Assembly: GCA_963842885.1 (NCBI GenBank)
Contig: CAWJIE010000005.1
Span: 160,001-224,000 of the forward strand
DNA: 64,000 nt
Reading direction: 5' to 3'
Origin: an uncultured Nitrososphaerota archaeon
GTDB taxonomy: Archaea; Thermoproteota; Nitrososphaeria; Conexivisphaerales; DTJL01
The position numbers and the translations under genes were made by a program. The notes beneath the pieces are model-generated. The model was not told the origin of the DNA, did not search any database, and saw nothing but the letters and a program-made list of their open reading frames with translations. This document shows positions 28,552 to 38,962 of this stretch, one piece after another. Within the stretch, counting starts at the first letter, position 1; each line of letters opens with the position of its first letter.

Positions 28552-31500
28552 TTGGTTCACATCAGCAAACTGACTGTCAAGGGCTTCAAATCCTTCCCCC
28601 AGAAGCAAGTGACGGTCAACCTGGAGCTGGGACTGAACGTTATCACCGGACCAAACGGATCAGGGAAGTCCAACATCATCGATGCCATCCGCTTTGCGAT
28701 GGGTGAGAACAGCGCCAAATCCCTTAGGCAGAATTCGATGACCGGGCTCATCTACGATCCTGGGACGGGAGCGACGGACCTTGCAAGGGTCTCCGTCACA
28801 TTCGAGAACGGAGACAAGTCGCTGGCGGTGGAGGATGATCGTGTGACCGTGGTTCGCGAGCTCAAGCCGAACGGCGACAACGCCTACTACATCAACGGGA
28901 AGAAGATCGCCAGGAACTCCCTCATTGAGCTTCTCGGCGCAGCCCACATCACCCCCGAAGGGCTCAACGTCATCCCGCAGGGTGCGATAGGGAGGCTCGC
29001 GGAGCTCCATCCCAACGAAAGGCGGCAGATTATAGAATCCGCCATAGGGCTCAAGCATTTCGATGAGAAGAAGTCCGAGGCCCTTGACCGCCTCAGAGAC
29101 GCCGACAACCAGCTGGCGGTATCTTTCGCCAAGCTCGACGAGAGAAGGGGAAGCATCGAGAGGCTCGAGGTGGAGAGGAACGACGCGCTCCGGTTCAAAC
29201 AGATTGAGTTCGAGATAGACAGGCTTCGCAAGGCCATAAGCCAGAAGAGAATCAGAGAGGTGGACGATCAGCTGAACGTCCACGCCAGGAAGGCGAGCGA
29301 GCTCCTCCTCCAGCAAAATCAGGCCAGGTCCAGGATCGCCGAACTGGAGGTCTCCCTGAGGGAGATCGAAGCGGAGAGAGATGCCTACTATGGCACCAAA
29401 TTGTCCGTCCCCAGCCAGAAGCTCATAGACCTGGGGCTCGAGATTGGCAGGTTGGACACTCAGCTTGGCGGTCTTGAGGAGAAGAAGCGGGAATACGAGC
29501 TGACCCGCACGTCCCAAAGGGAGACCTCGAACCAGCTGGAGGGGATGCTCAGGGCTTTGGAAAAGGAGGCGGCGGAGGTGGTCGATGTGGTGGCGGGCCT
29601 CCAGGGGGAGCTGCGGAGGCTCGACGAAGAAAGCCGCGTCGAGGCCGAGCACAAGAAGGAGCTCCTCAGGAGGCGAGAGAGGTTGGTGGGAAGGAGCCAA
29701 AGGGTCGAGGTCAAAGACCTGCGTCTGGCGGATAGGAAGGGAAGGGCGGACCTCGCCGTCTCCGAGCTTCATACGAAGGTCAGGTCCTTGGAGAGCGGAG
29801 CTTGGAGAGGCCAGCAGTGCCCACGACGAGCTCGTGAAGAAGTACGACGAGGTAAAGGCCATGGTGGACACGATGCGGCATCAGCTTTCCGAGTTGGCAG
29901 CCGACATCAGGAGCTCGAAGGAGCTGCTGAAGGAGTCAGGAGACAATGCCGAGGCCTCTTCCAGGCAGAGGGAGAAGCTGGCAGCAGAAATCAAGATAGC
30001 GGACGGCATCCTCTTCAGCGCCACGCAGACCATCCTCAAGTACGAATCGGGGAAGGAGATAGCTGAAAAGTTCCTGACGGAGGAGCTCAACTCTCAGAAG
30101 GTAGAGGAGCTCGCGAAGTCGGGCGTGGTTGAGGGCTACAGGGGCAAGCTATCCGAGAACATCAAGTACGAAGAGGAGCATTCGTCGGCCGTAAGGGCCG
30201 CAGGGCAGGAATGGCTCTCGGCCATGGTGGTGGACGACATGGACGGCCTCCTCCAGCTGGCGGGGCTGTCCAAGAGGTTGAGGAGCGCCCGCATAAGGAT
30301 CCTGCCGGTGTCGGAGCTGAACAACGCCCCCATGGCCCGCATACCCCACTTGGAAGGCGTCCTCGGCCGCCTGAGCGACTTCATCGAGTGTGACGCCGCC
30401 GTCGCGCCGGCGGTGGAGTTCGTCTTCGGGAACACTGTGCTCACCAGCACGGCGAAGGCCGCCTACCCTCTCTGCCGGAGGGGCTTGAGGTGCGTCACAT
30501 TGCAGGGAGACCTCTTCGAAGCAGGAGGGAGGGCGATGGAAACGGGCAGAGTGAGCGAGCTCTCCCTCAAGCAGCTTGGCATCAGCGACCCCGAGGAGCT
30601 CAAGTACGTCGAGGAGTCCCTCAAGGCGTTCAGGATCTCCATCGACAGGCAGAGGAAGGGGCTGGACAAGCTGGACCAGAGCCAGGAGGGGTTCGAGAAG
30701 GAGAAGTTCAAGGTCGCCCTGAGGCTGGAGAACGCCGAATCCAGGCTGCGGACGCTCGTCCCCCTGGTCAGGCGCTATGAGCGGCTGGAGAAGTCCTCCA
30801 AGCGTCGCATCGAAGAGCAGGAGGAGGGCATGGTCAAGCTCAAGAAGAAGTTGGACAAGGGGATGTCCCTCCTGCCGAAGCTCAGGACGAAGACTGCGAA
30901 GCTGGCCGAGAGAAGGGCGCAGCTGGGCCTGATGTCTCTGGGAGCTCTGGTGGCCGGGATCGAGGGGGAGCTGGCAGAGATCTCTAGGTCGGAGGAATCC
31001 TCGGCCAGGGCCATCCTGAACATCAACGCTTCGCTTTCGACTCTTCAGACCCGCCTGAACAGCGAGCTAAATCCCAAGGCCGGGCAGATGAGGGAGTCCC
31101 TGACGAAGGCCAGGGCGGACCTTCGTGAGGCGGACGAGAACTTGCCCAAGGTGCTGGAGGGTATCACGGCGCTTTCGCGCCAGAAGAAGGAGCTCTCTGA
31201 CGAGGAGGCCAAGATTCGCGAAGACAGCGAGCAGGCGCTCCCCAGGCTGAAGGAGATCGAGGCGACGCAGAAGGCCGTCAGGGATGAGATAGCTTCGCTC
31301 CAGCAGAAGAGCCTCAGGATCGAGAAGGAGAGGCTTAGGATTGACAGCACAGCCCAGAACCTCAGGAACGAGAGGGAGAACGCGCTGCATGCCATGAACG
31401 AGCTGGGGATCGAAGAGGAGGTCGAGTTCCATCCGCAGACGGAGATGTTTCTCTCGATGTTCCTTGAAGAGAGGTCCTCGCTCCAGGGGATGGTGAACCT

Positions 31501-32092
31501 GTTGGCTGACCAGAGCTACAAGGAGGCCTTTACGTCGTACAGGGACGCTTCGAAGCGCAGGAACGAGCTGGAGAAGGACAGGAACGCCATCGTGAAGTTC
31601 ATCGAGGAGGTCGAATCGGAGAAGAAGAACACCTTCATGACGGCCTATGAGAAGCTCGACAGGGAACTGAGGGTCATTTTCACCAAGCTGACTGATGGAT
31701 CGGCGTGGATGGAGCTGGAGAACCCCGCGGACCCCTTCTCCGGAGGGGTCTTCCTCATGGCGCAGTTTCCCATGAAGGCGGCTAGGGAGTCCAGCAGCAC
31801 CAGCGGCGGGGAGAAGGCCGCCGTGGCGGTCTCCTTCCTTCTGGCCTTCCAGTCGGCGTATCCTTCTCCGTTCTACCTGCTCGACGAAATCGACGCCCCG
31901 CTGGACGCCGTGAACGCGGAGAAGCTGGGCAGGCTGCTGGCAGAGTGGTCCTCGAAATCGCAGATAGTTGTCGTCACCCTGAAGGAGGCCATCGTAAGCC
32001 AGGCCACGAACAAGATAGGCGTCTACGGAGTCAACGGCGCGAGCAACGCCGTGCGCTACAAGTCCAAGGCAGAGGTGACGGTCAACGTCTGA
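28552..32092 (+). CDS. smc: Chromosome segregation protein SMC (split by +1 frameshift near 29794)
   Basis: GFKSF, GPNGSGKSN Walker A, Q-loop PQG, coiled coils, hinge (VFGNT, VTLQGD), SGGEK, LLDEIDAPLD. Confidence 0.95.
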
Positions 32093-32745
32093 AACGGAGG
32101 GGCCTTCCGAAAGGATCCGCCTCCTGCTCAACCCTGAGCTGGCCTCCAGGCAGAGGCCCTGGGACATCTCCATCCAGCTCCTCCTCGAGGACTTCATCCT
32201 GTATCTCAGGAAGCAGCCCGTCCTCGACATGAGGCTGGGCGGCCTCGCCCTTCTGACGTCCTCCATAATCTACAAGCTCAAGGTGGAGCGCCTGTTCTAC
32301 GACGAAAAACGCTCTCTACAGGAAGAAGCCGTCCGACCTGCAGGAGCCCGTCGAAGCACTCTCCATGCCCTTCAGGCTGCAGACGCCTGTGAGCGACATA
32401 GACGACCTCGTGGCCGCCTTGGAGTCCCTCATGAAGGAGATCTCGAAGAGTCCCTCCTCGCCCGTCGAAGAAGGGGTCTTCCAGCCCGGCCTCGAGGCGC
32501 GGGTCGTGGAGCAGGACACCATCGCCATGATGCTTAGGACGTACTCCGACGAGCTCCTAGCGGGGCTCAGCAGGAAGGAACCCACGGGCTTCGGCGACCT
32601 AATCAAAGGGATGGAGCCCATAGAGGTCGCCAGGGTGTTCATCGTGCTGCTCTTCCTTGCCCATTCAGGAAGGATCATCCTCCTTCAGGAGGAGGACGCT
32701 GAGGACTTCAGCGTGCTGGGGGTAGGAGAGGCCATTGCCCGATGA
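32085..32745 (+). CDS. scpA: Segregation and condensation protein A, kleisin (frameshift near 32313; no canonical start)
   Basis: PWDISIQLLLEDF...DMRLGGLALLTSSIIYKLK N-domain and FIVLLFLAHSGRIIL.Q C-domain; lies between smc and scpB. Confidence 0.85.
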
Positions 32746-33265
32746 GCAGGTCGAGGCGCTCATTGAGGCTGCCTTGTACGCGGCCGGCAAGCCTCTGACC
32801 GTTGATGAGCTCTGCAGGGCGGCGGGCACCACTTCCAGGAGGAAGGCACTGGACGCGGTGCGCCGCATCTCGGCAAAGGTGAACTCCAACTTCAAGGCCA
32901 TCGAAATCACGCAGGTCGGCGAGAGCAGGTACGTCCTCCAGCTGCGAAAGGAGTTCAGCCCGGTCGCGAAGAAGTTCGCGACACAGCAATTGCTAACCCG
33001 TTCCGTCCTCAAGACCCTGACGATGATCGCCTACTTCCAGCCTGTGAGCGGGAGCAAGCTATCGACTAGGAAGGGCTCGCAGGTCTACGAACACCTGAGG
33101 ATTCTGGAGTCGATGGGGTTCATCTCGTCGACTCTGGAGGGGAAGAACCACCTCTACCGGACGACGCCGTTCTTCTCAGACTACTTTGGGCTGCCGTCGG
33201 ACCCAACTGCCATGAAGCACAAACTCGATTCCCTCTTCGAGCCAGCCACATCCGGCAAGCCTTAA
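32735..33265 (+). CDS. scpB: SMC-Scp complex subunit ScpB
   Basis: IEAALYAAGKPL, LKTLTMIAYFQPV, YRTTPFFSDYFGL. Confidence 0.93.
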   Translation: MPDEQVEALIEAALYAAGKPLTVDELCRAAGTTSRRKALDAVRRISAKVNSNFKAIEITQVGESRYVLQLRKEFSPVAKKFATQQLLTRSVLKTLTMIAYFQPVSGSKLSTRKGSQVYEHLRILESMGFISSTLEGKNHLYRTTPFFSDYFGLPSDPTAMKHKLDSLFEPATSGKP

Positions 33266-33310
33266 ATGTGCGTCGAATGACCCCTAGGAAACTGAAAGGG
33301 GAAGCTCTGT

Positions 33311-33697
33311 TTGCAGAAGCCAATGGAGAACCTCAGGAAGAGGAAGCTCACGGGCGGCCGGCGCGTGCCATCTAGGGGACGTAGAGGCTACGAGAAGGAC
33401 GGGTACTCGAAGGAGACCGTGCTGGGCGCCAAGAAGCTCTCCACCAGGCGCCTCAGGGGAGGGTCGTCCAAGGTCACGGCCGTCCGAATGGACATGGCCA
33501 ACGTCATGGACCCGGCGACTCACACCGCCAAGAAGGTCAAGATATCAAGGGTCCTCAGCAACGCTGCCAACAGGGACTACGAAAGGCGAGGCGTCATGAC
33601 GAAGGGCGCCGTTATCGAGACCGAGGCTGGGAAGGCCAGAGTGACCTCGAGGCCGTCTCAGGATGGTGTCGTCAACGCCGTTCTCATCCAAAAATAG
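33311..33697 (+). CDS. rps8e: 30S ribosomal protein S8e
   Basis: RKLTGG, RLRGG, TKGAVIETEAGKARVTSRPSQDGVVNA. Confidence 0.97.
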   Translation: MQKPMENLRKRKLTGGRRVPSRGRRGYEKDGYSKETVLGAKKLSTRRLRGGSSKVTAVRMDMANVMDPATHTAKKVKISRVLSNAANRDYERRGVMTKGAVIETEAGKARVTSRPSQDGVVNAVLIQK

Positions 33698-33728
33698 AAA
33701 TAGCACCCGTCACAAGATGGGCTAGCCA

Positions 33729-34024
33729 ATGAAGGACTACGGCAAGCAGAGTCTTCTGGCTGGACTACTTCGACTCAGCGCTGAGCAGGGAATCCGGAAG
33801 GAGGGTGAGCCTCCCCCTGGCCACGAGGAGCCCGACGGTGGAGGAGCTGGCAGCGGCGGCAAGGATCCTCGGCTACGAGCCGCACGTCGAGAAGGCACGG
33901 CATCCCGCCAGGCCCACCAAGCCCTCCGGCTACATCCAGGTGGAGAAGAAGGACGAGCAAGAAGGAGGCGCTGCTCGCCCTTGCCAAGGCCTTGGCCGAA
34001 GGCAGGGCCCAGCAGAAACGCTGA
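33729..34024 (+). CDS. srp19: Signal recognition particle protein SRP19 (two apparent +1 frameshifts, ~33750 and ~33952)
   Basis: Reconstructed MKDYGK.VFWLDYFDSALSRESGRRVSLPLATRSPTVEEL...HPARP...GYIQVEKK.SKKEALLALA. Confidence 0.85.
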
Positions 34025-34074
34025 CCTGACCGAGGGCAAGCTTAATACGGCGCACGCCCGCACCTTCGTCCGTT

Positions 34075-34299
34075 TTGCAGGAGATTGGGACCATCATTCG
34101 CAGGGCTCGCAGCGGCATGGTCATCGTCAGGCTGGCTAAGGAGCCCCACGAGGGACAGGTCCTGTTCGATTCCAAAGGGCGCTCGGTCGGCCGGGTTACC
34201 GAAATCTTCGGACCGGTGAAGGGCGCGTACGCTTCCCTCCTGCCACACACGGACAGGATCGAAGGTCTGGTGGGGGAGAAGGTGTTCTCCAGGAATTGA
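34075..34299 (+). CDS. gar1: H/ACA RNP protein Gar1
   Basis: FDSKGRSVGRVTEIFGPV..AY; conserved position upstream of tfb. Confidence 0.88.
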   Translation: MQEIGTIIRRARSGMVIVRLAKEPHEGQVLFDSKGRSVGRVTEIFGPVKGAYASLLPHTDRIEGLVGEKVFSRN

Positions 34300-35480
34300 A
34301 GCCGAGGTTCGAAAAGGACTCCGAGTCGCAGCCTTCGAAGTGCCCCCAGTGCAACTCGCCCCTCATAGGCGACCGTGCGGCCGGCGAAGTCGTGTGCCCG
34401 ACCTGCGGCTACGTCCTACTTGACGAGGTCGAGTTCGAAGGGCCGGAATGGAAGGCCGTAGACCCAGAGGACAAGCTGAAGAAGAGCCGGGTCGGGGCGC
34501 CGCTGACCTACACACTTCACGACTTCGGGCTGACGACGACCATCGACGGTAGCGGCGTCGATTCACACGGCAACAGGATCACGGGGGACGAAAGGGCCAA
34601 GATGGAGCGGATGAAGACCTGGCAGTTCAGGCTGCGCACCATCGACAGCAAGGAGAGGAGCATGTCCAACGTCCTCCAGAAGATCCATGAGATATCGGTG
34701 GGCCTGAACCTCCCAGGGAACGTCTCGGAGACGGCCGCCTACATTTTCAGGCAGTACTCCAAACCCAACTTCTGCCGACGCTGTAAGGAGGAGGTGGAGC
34801 CCGCGGAGGTCCCCGTCTGCCTGGACTGCGGAATAGGGATAGTCAGGAAGTGCCCCCAGTGCGGCGTGAGGGGTTCGTCGGACGAACGGTACTGCAGGTA
34901 CTGCGGGACGTCGGTGAAGAGCAGCTGCGTCAAGTGCGGAAGGGAGTATCCCTCCGAGCCCTTCTGCCCACGTTGCGGCACGCCCCTTCACAGCAGGTCT
35001 CGGGGGAAGCAGGTGGCGGGGGTGGCGTCGGCGGCCATATACTTGGCCTGCAGGAAGTGCGAGGTGAACAGGTCGCTGGCGGAGGTGGCGGAGAGGTCGT
35101 ACCTCGACAAGAAGGTGGTGGCGAAGTACTACCGGCAGATGGTCAAGGAGATGGAGATGAGCAGCGTCCCCATGGCCTCCATCCAGAAGCACATCTCCAA
35201 GCTATTCAACAACCTCAACTCCACGACCAAGATGCCCGAGAAGGTCGAGCGCCTGGCGATCAGCATAGCCACGAAGGCCTCCGGTGCGTCGATGAGCAGC
35301 GGCAGGTCCCCTGCAGGGCTGGCGGCGGCCTTCCTCTACGTCTCGGCGAACCTCCTCAACGAGCACCTCCCCCAGAGGGACGTGGCGGAGGCGGCCGGGA
35401 TAACCGAAGTGACGATCAGGAAGCGCTGCAAGGAGCTCTTCGAGAACTTCAACATCTCGGTCAAGGTCCACGCAGCATAG
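34296..35480 (+). CDS. tfb: Transcription initiation factor IIB with inserted multi-zinc-ribbon domain
   Basis: B-ribbon CPQC/CPTC, GPEWKA B-reader, HDFGLTT, two cyclin repeats (AAIYLACR, GRSPAGLAAA, GITEVTIRKR); extra six-CxxC block at aa ~157-232. Confidence 0.92.
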   Translation: MKPRFEKDSESQPSKCPQCNSPLIGDRAAGEVVCPTCGYVLLDEVEFEGPEWKAVDPEDKLKKSRVGAPLTYTLHDFGLTTTIDGSGVDSHGNRITGDERAKMERMKTWQFRLRTIDSKERSMSNVLQKIHEISVGLNLPGNVSETAAYIFRQYSKPNFCRRCKEEVEPAEVPVCLDCGIGIVRKCPQCGVRGSSDERYCRYCGTSVKSSCVKCGREYPSEPFCPRCGTPLHSRSRGKQVAGVASAAIYLACRKCEVNRSLAEVAERSYLDKKVVAKYYRQMVKEMEMSSVPMASIQKHISKLFNNLNSTTKMPEKVERLAISIATKASGASMSSGRSPAGLAAAFLYVSANLLNEHLPQRDVAEAAGITEVTIRKRCKELFENFNISVKVHAA

Positions 35481-35560
35481 GCTATGGTCATATTCAGAAA
35501 GAGCTTTTAGGAGGGAAAACGCTCAGAGACTTCGTTACAACCAACCGGAGGGATTGTGCC

Positions 35561-35944
35561 TTGCAAGAAGCAGATGAAGACCTAATCAGCAAAGTGTATC
35601 GTCTCGTCATAGAGAACGGCGAATCTGGGATCCTGCAGAGCGAGCTCTGGAAGGTGCTCGGTCTGACCAGCAGGGACGGCTCGAGGATAGCTTCCAGGCT
35701 TGAGAAGAGGCGTCTCATCAAGAGGGAGAAGGTCCTTGAGAGGGGAAGGTGGACGTACAAGCTCCTCCCCCTGGTCATCCCCATCGACACGAGCAGCATC
35801 GAGGAGGCTCCATGCATCCGGTGCCCTGACGAGGAGAGATGCTTCGTGGACGGAGAGGTGAGCCCCCTCACATGCCTGAAGATCGAGAACTGGTACAACC
35901 TGGAGTACCAGGTGAGACACGGCGATGCGCCCGCTTCAAGCTAA
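35561..35944 (+). CDS. TFE beta / RPC34(C39)-like winged-helix Fe-S protein
   Basis: GILQSELWKVLGLTSRDGSR wHTH and PCIRCPDEERC...SPLTC..I..W Cys cluster; TTG start with GGAGG; follows gar1-tfb. Confidence 0.85.
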   Translation: MQEADEDLISKVYRLVIENGESGILQSELWKVLGLTSRDGSRIASRLEKRRLIKREKVLERGRWTYKLLPLVIPIDTSSIEEAPCIRCPDEERCFVDGEVSPLTCLKIENWYNLEYQVRHGDAPASS

Positions 35945-36521
35945 GAGGGACCTCTACAGGCGCAAGGCCAGGGAAGAGGGGTACCGAAGCAGGGCGGCAT
36001 ACAAGCTCATTCAGCTCGACGAGAAGTTCGGCCTCATGGAGGAGGGTGACACTGTGCTGGACATAGGATGCGCCCCGGGCGGCTGGCTGCAGGCGGAGTC
36101 GGAGCGCGTCGGCCGTGACGGTCGGGTCGTGGGGGTCGACATCAACCCGGTCGAGCCTCCGTCGGGAAACGTGGAGACAATGGTGCTGGATATCACGAGC
36201 CCAGCGGCCGCCGAGGAGCTCAGCGCCAAGCTGCCCGAGGGGGCCGACGCCGTCTTTTCGGACCTGTCGCCAACGATGATGGGGGTATGGGAGGTGGACA
36301 GCGGGAAGCAAATCGACATGACCAGGGCGGCGTACGACATCGCCTGCAAAGTGCTGAAGAAGGGGAAGAACGCCGTGTTCAAGATCTTCGAAGGCGAATT
36401 CACCGAGGAGTTCGTCAGGTATGCCAAGCCCAGGTTCGAGAAGACGGACCTGGCGAAGCCCGAGGCGAGCAGGAAGGCGAGCAGCGAGCTCTATTTCGTC
36501 TGCCTGGGCTTCAAGGGCTGA
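35925..36521 (+). CDS. rlmE: 23S rRNA Um2552 methyltransferase RlmE/FtsJ
   Basis: YRSRAAYKL, DIGCAPGGWLQ, SDLSP, KPEASR..SSELY. Confidence 0.95.
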   Translation: MRPLQAKRDLYRRKAREEGYRSRAAYKLIQLDEKFGLMEEGDTVLDIGCAPGGWLQAESERVGRDGRVVGVDINPVEPPSGNVETMVLDITSPAAAEELSAKLPEGADAVFSDLSPTMMGVWEVDSGKQIDMTRAAYDIACKVLKKGKNAVFKIFEGEFTEEFVRYAKPRFEKTDLAKPEASRKASSELYFVCLGFKG

Positions 36522-37672
36522 TCGGGGCCGAGGGCCGAAAGGACGTCCTTCACTGACGCGTCCGTCTTGACGCCCTGGCTGTCGACGCTGGACCTGGCGG
36601 AGCGGAAACCCATCGAGGCGAGGCGCTCGACGAGGTCGGTAGGGCTGATGCTGGCGACCCCCAGCTTGTCGGTGAAGAACGGGATCTTGTAGTAGAAGGG
36701 AGGGAAGCCCAGCTCCTCCTTGGCCCGGGTGAAGAGGGCGAGGTATCGCTTCATCCCGTTCGAAGCCGCGAGCTCGGCCAGGGAATCGAGGAAGGCGCTG
36801 GCGTGGAGGTCTCCGGTCCAGAGGGGACCGGCGGCCTTGAGCTTCCCTCCGCAGAGAGGGCAGGTCTCCTTCGTGGAAGGCGAAGACTCCCTGTGGCCGC
36901 ACTTGAAGCAGTGGAGGAGATGGCCGATCTCTGCAAGCGATTCGTTGGCCTTGGAAGGCGATATCTCCACACGGCAGTATGCCCTCGCGTAGTGCTGGTC
37001 CGAGTGGCAAAGCAGGGGCTCGACCACCATGTCGTAGACAAGGGCCCTGCGGGCGACGAAGCCCAGGAGGATCCTCAGCATGGACTCTCGGCCGTAGTCC
37101 GTGCGAAGTGCCAGGGCCCCGTACTTTCTGTAGGCCACGTCGGGGTAGAGCCCGCTGAGCACTGCAGTGTCGGTGGCCGTTACAGCCAGGAGCCCCCCGT
37201 CGGCGAGGGCCCTGAGCGCGGACTCCACGAATGGCGCAGGCGTGCCGAACGGGTCGATGTCGATGATGTTGGGTCTCACGTCGGGGGATGACTGCTGGGC
37301 GAGGAAAAGGTTGGCGTCGAGAGTCGTGAACCTCACCTTCCCTTCGCAGCCGTTCAACTGGGCTGCCAGGGACGCGGCCTGGATGGCCATGGGATTCAGG
37401 TCGTTCGCCCGCACGACGGAGACTCCAGGGCACTCGGTGGCGACGCGGAGGGACCTCCCTCCCACCCCGGAGAGGGCGTCGGCGAGGACAGAGGGCGAGG
37501 GGGCCTTCTTGGCGAAGCCCTCGAAGGCGAGGACGGAGACGTCCCTGACCGCCTTTCCTCTTGGATTGAAGAACGCCGGGAAGAGCTCAGGAGGGCCCTT
37601 CCCGAGGCTCTGCTTAGGCACCAGGAGCGTGGTGCGCCCTTCCTTGTGGCGGACGAACCCGTCCAGGCTCAA
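36491..37672 (-). CDS. trm1: tRNA (guanine26-N2)-dimethyltransferase
   Basis: FFNP, DALSGVG.R.LR, NDLNP, DIDPFGTP, TATD, zinc ribbon, GPLWTG.LH. Confidence 0.93.
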   Translation of the reverse strand: MSLDGFVRHKEGRTTLLVPKQSLGKGPPELFPAFFNPRGKAVRDVSVLAFEGFAKKAPSPSVLADALSGVGGRSLRVATECPGVSVVRANDLNPMAIQAASLAAQLNGCEGKVRFTTLDANLFLAQQSSPDVRPNIIDIDPFGTPAPFVESALRALADGGLLAVTATDTAVLSGLYPDVAYRKYGALALRTDYGRESMLRILLGFVARRALVYDMVVEPLLCHSDQHYARAYCRVEISPSKANESLAEIGHLLHCFKCGHRESSPSTKETCPLCGGKLKAAGPLWTGDLHASAFLDSLAELAASNGMKRYLALFTRAKEELGFPPFYYKIPFFTDKLGVASISPTDLVERLASMGFRSARSSVDSQGVKTDASVKDVLSALGPDQPLKPRQTK

Positions 37673-38356
37673 CGGCGTACCCCACCTTTCGAATAGGTTT
37701 CAGCGAAATAGCGGCAGGTGGAGCTGACCGGGCAGGAGCCGCAGAGGGGCCTCTGGGCCTTGCAGACCCTCCTTCCATGAAGGATCAAAGCGATATGCCC
37801 CTGGAGGCGTCGGCCCCGAGGGATGGCTACCTCCAGCGCGGACCTTACTTCTTCGTACGAGGCCCGGGGCGGAACGTATCCCATGCGCTTGGAGACCCTG
37901 TTCACATGGGTGTCCACGGGGACCACGTCTCGCCCCAGGGCGAAGTCCAGCACTATGTCCACCGTCTTAGGTCCCACCCCCTTGAAGCCGGAGAGGGCCT
38001 CGCGGACGCCTTCGTCGTCAAGAGATGAAAGGAAGTCCAGGCCGGCAGGATAGCGCGCCATCACGCCCTCGGCGACCTCCCTGATCCTCGGTGCCTTCGT
38101 GTTGTGGAGGCCTCCCACCCGTATGGCGTCGGCGATGGCTTTCGTGTCGACGGCTTCTGAGAGACTCCGGCGAGATGCCGACCTCCCGCCTGAGGGCTTC
38201 GAAGGCCCTCCCGCTGTTGAGGTCGTTCGTGTTCTGGGAGAGGATGGTCTGGATCAGCACCTCGAAGGGCTTTCCCCTGGCTTTGGGCCTCCTGACGCCG
38301 TAGAGCCGGATGAGCGTCTCGATTTCAGTCCAGCCGGGACCCTTCAAGGCAGCCAT
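37669..38356 (-). CDS. nth: Endonuclease III (frameshift near 38156)
   Basis: PFEVLIQTILSQNTND, GVGPKT HhH, PVDTHV.RV, C-x6-C-x2-C-x5-C Fe-S motif. Confidence 0.93.
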
Positions 38357-38383
38357 CATCTTAAATAACGCCTGATATAATCC

Positions 38384-38962
38384 TTGTCGGTTTTGGCGGC
38401 CATTGAGACGAACTCCAGGATGGTCCTCCTGACCGGCAGGCCTGGCTCGGGGAAGACCACGGTCGTCTCGAGGGTCGTCCTGCTGCTCAGGACCGACGGG
38501 CTGTCCGTTGGAGGGATATACTCGAAGGAGCGGCGTTCGCACGGGACCAGGGTGGCATTCGAGATGGTGGACCTGGCCACCGACGGCCATGAGACGCTGG
38601 CTAGCACGACGGCGACCGGGCCACGCATGGGACGGTATAGGGTCAACCTGAAGGGGCTGGGCGAGTTCGCGGCTCCGGCCATAGTCAGGGCCACGTCGGA
38701 GAGCGACGTCGTCGTCTGCGACGAAGTGGGGCCCATGGAGCTCATCAGCCCGGAGTTCCGCCGGGCGGTCGAAGGCCTCATGGTGGCCAGCAAGCCCTGC
38801 CTCGTGGTGGTGCACGCGGAGATGGCCGACCCCCTGCTGGTGAGGCTGAAGAAGTCGACGGACGCGCAGCTTCTCGAGGTCACCGATGAGACGCGCAACT
38901 CGCTTCCGGAGACGGTCTACGGCAAGATAAAGGCCTGGATGAGGAGCAATCGAGGGTCGTGA
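38384..38962 (+). CDS. Nucleoside triphosphatase (THEP1/NTPase_1)
   Basis: TGRPGSGKTT, GRYRVN, DEVGPMEL. Confidence 0.92.
   Translation: MSVLAAIETNSRMVLLTGRPGSGKTTVVSRVVLLLRTDGLSVGGIYSKERRSHGTRVAFEMVDLATDGHETLASTTATGPRMGRYRVNLKGLGEFAAPAIVRATSESDVVVCDEVGPMELISPEFRRAVEGLMVASKPCLVVVHAEMADPLLVRLKKSTDAQLLEVTDETRNSLPETVYGKIKAWMRSNRGS

Noticed and set aside
34764-34991. Intein or intron in tfb
   Set aside because: No intein splice-junction residues, too short, in frame and Cys-patterned like zinc ribbons; no BHB structure recognised.
34850-35944. 364-aa ORF suggesting a long TFEbeta fusion
   Set aside because: The first ~235 aa are an alternative frame of tfb; the real gene starts at TTG 35561 with an SD sequence.
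35868-37433. Long overlapping or antisense ORFs (521 aa here; also 28660-29871, 31067-32266, 10786-11760, 24929-25939)
   Set aside because: Shadow ORFs expected from high GC3 codon usage; Arg/Pro/Gly-rich or antisense to recognisable genes, with no motifs.
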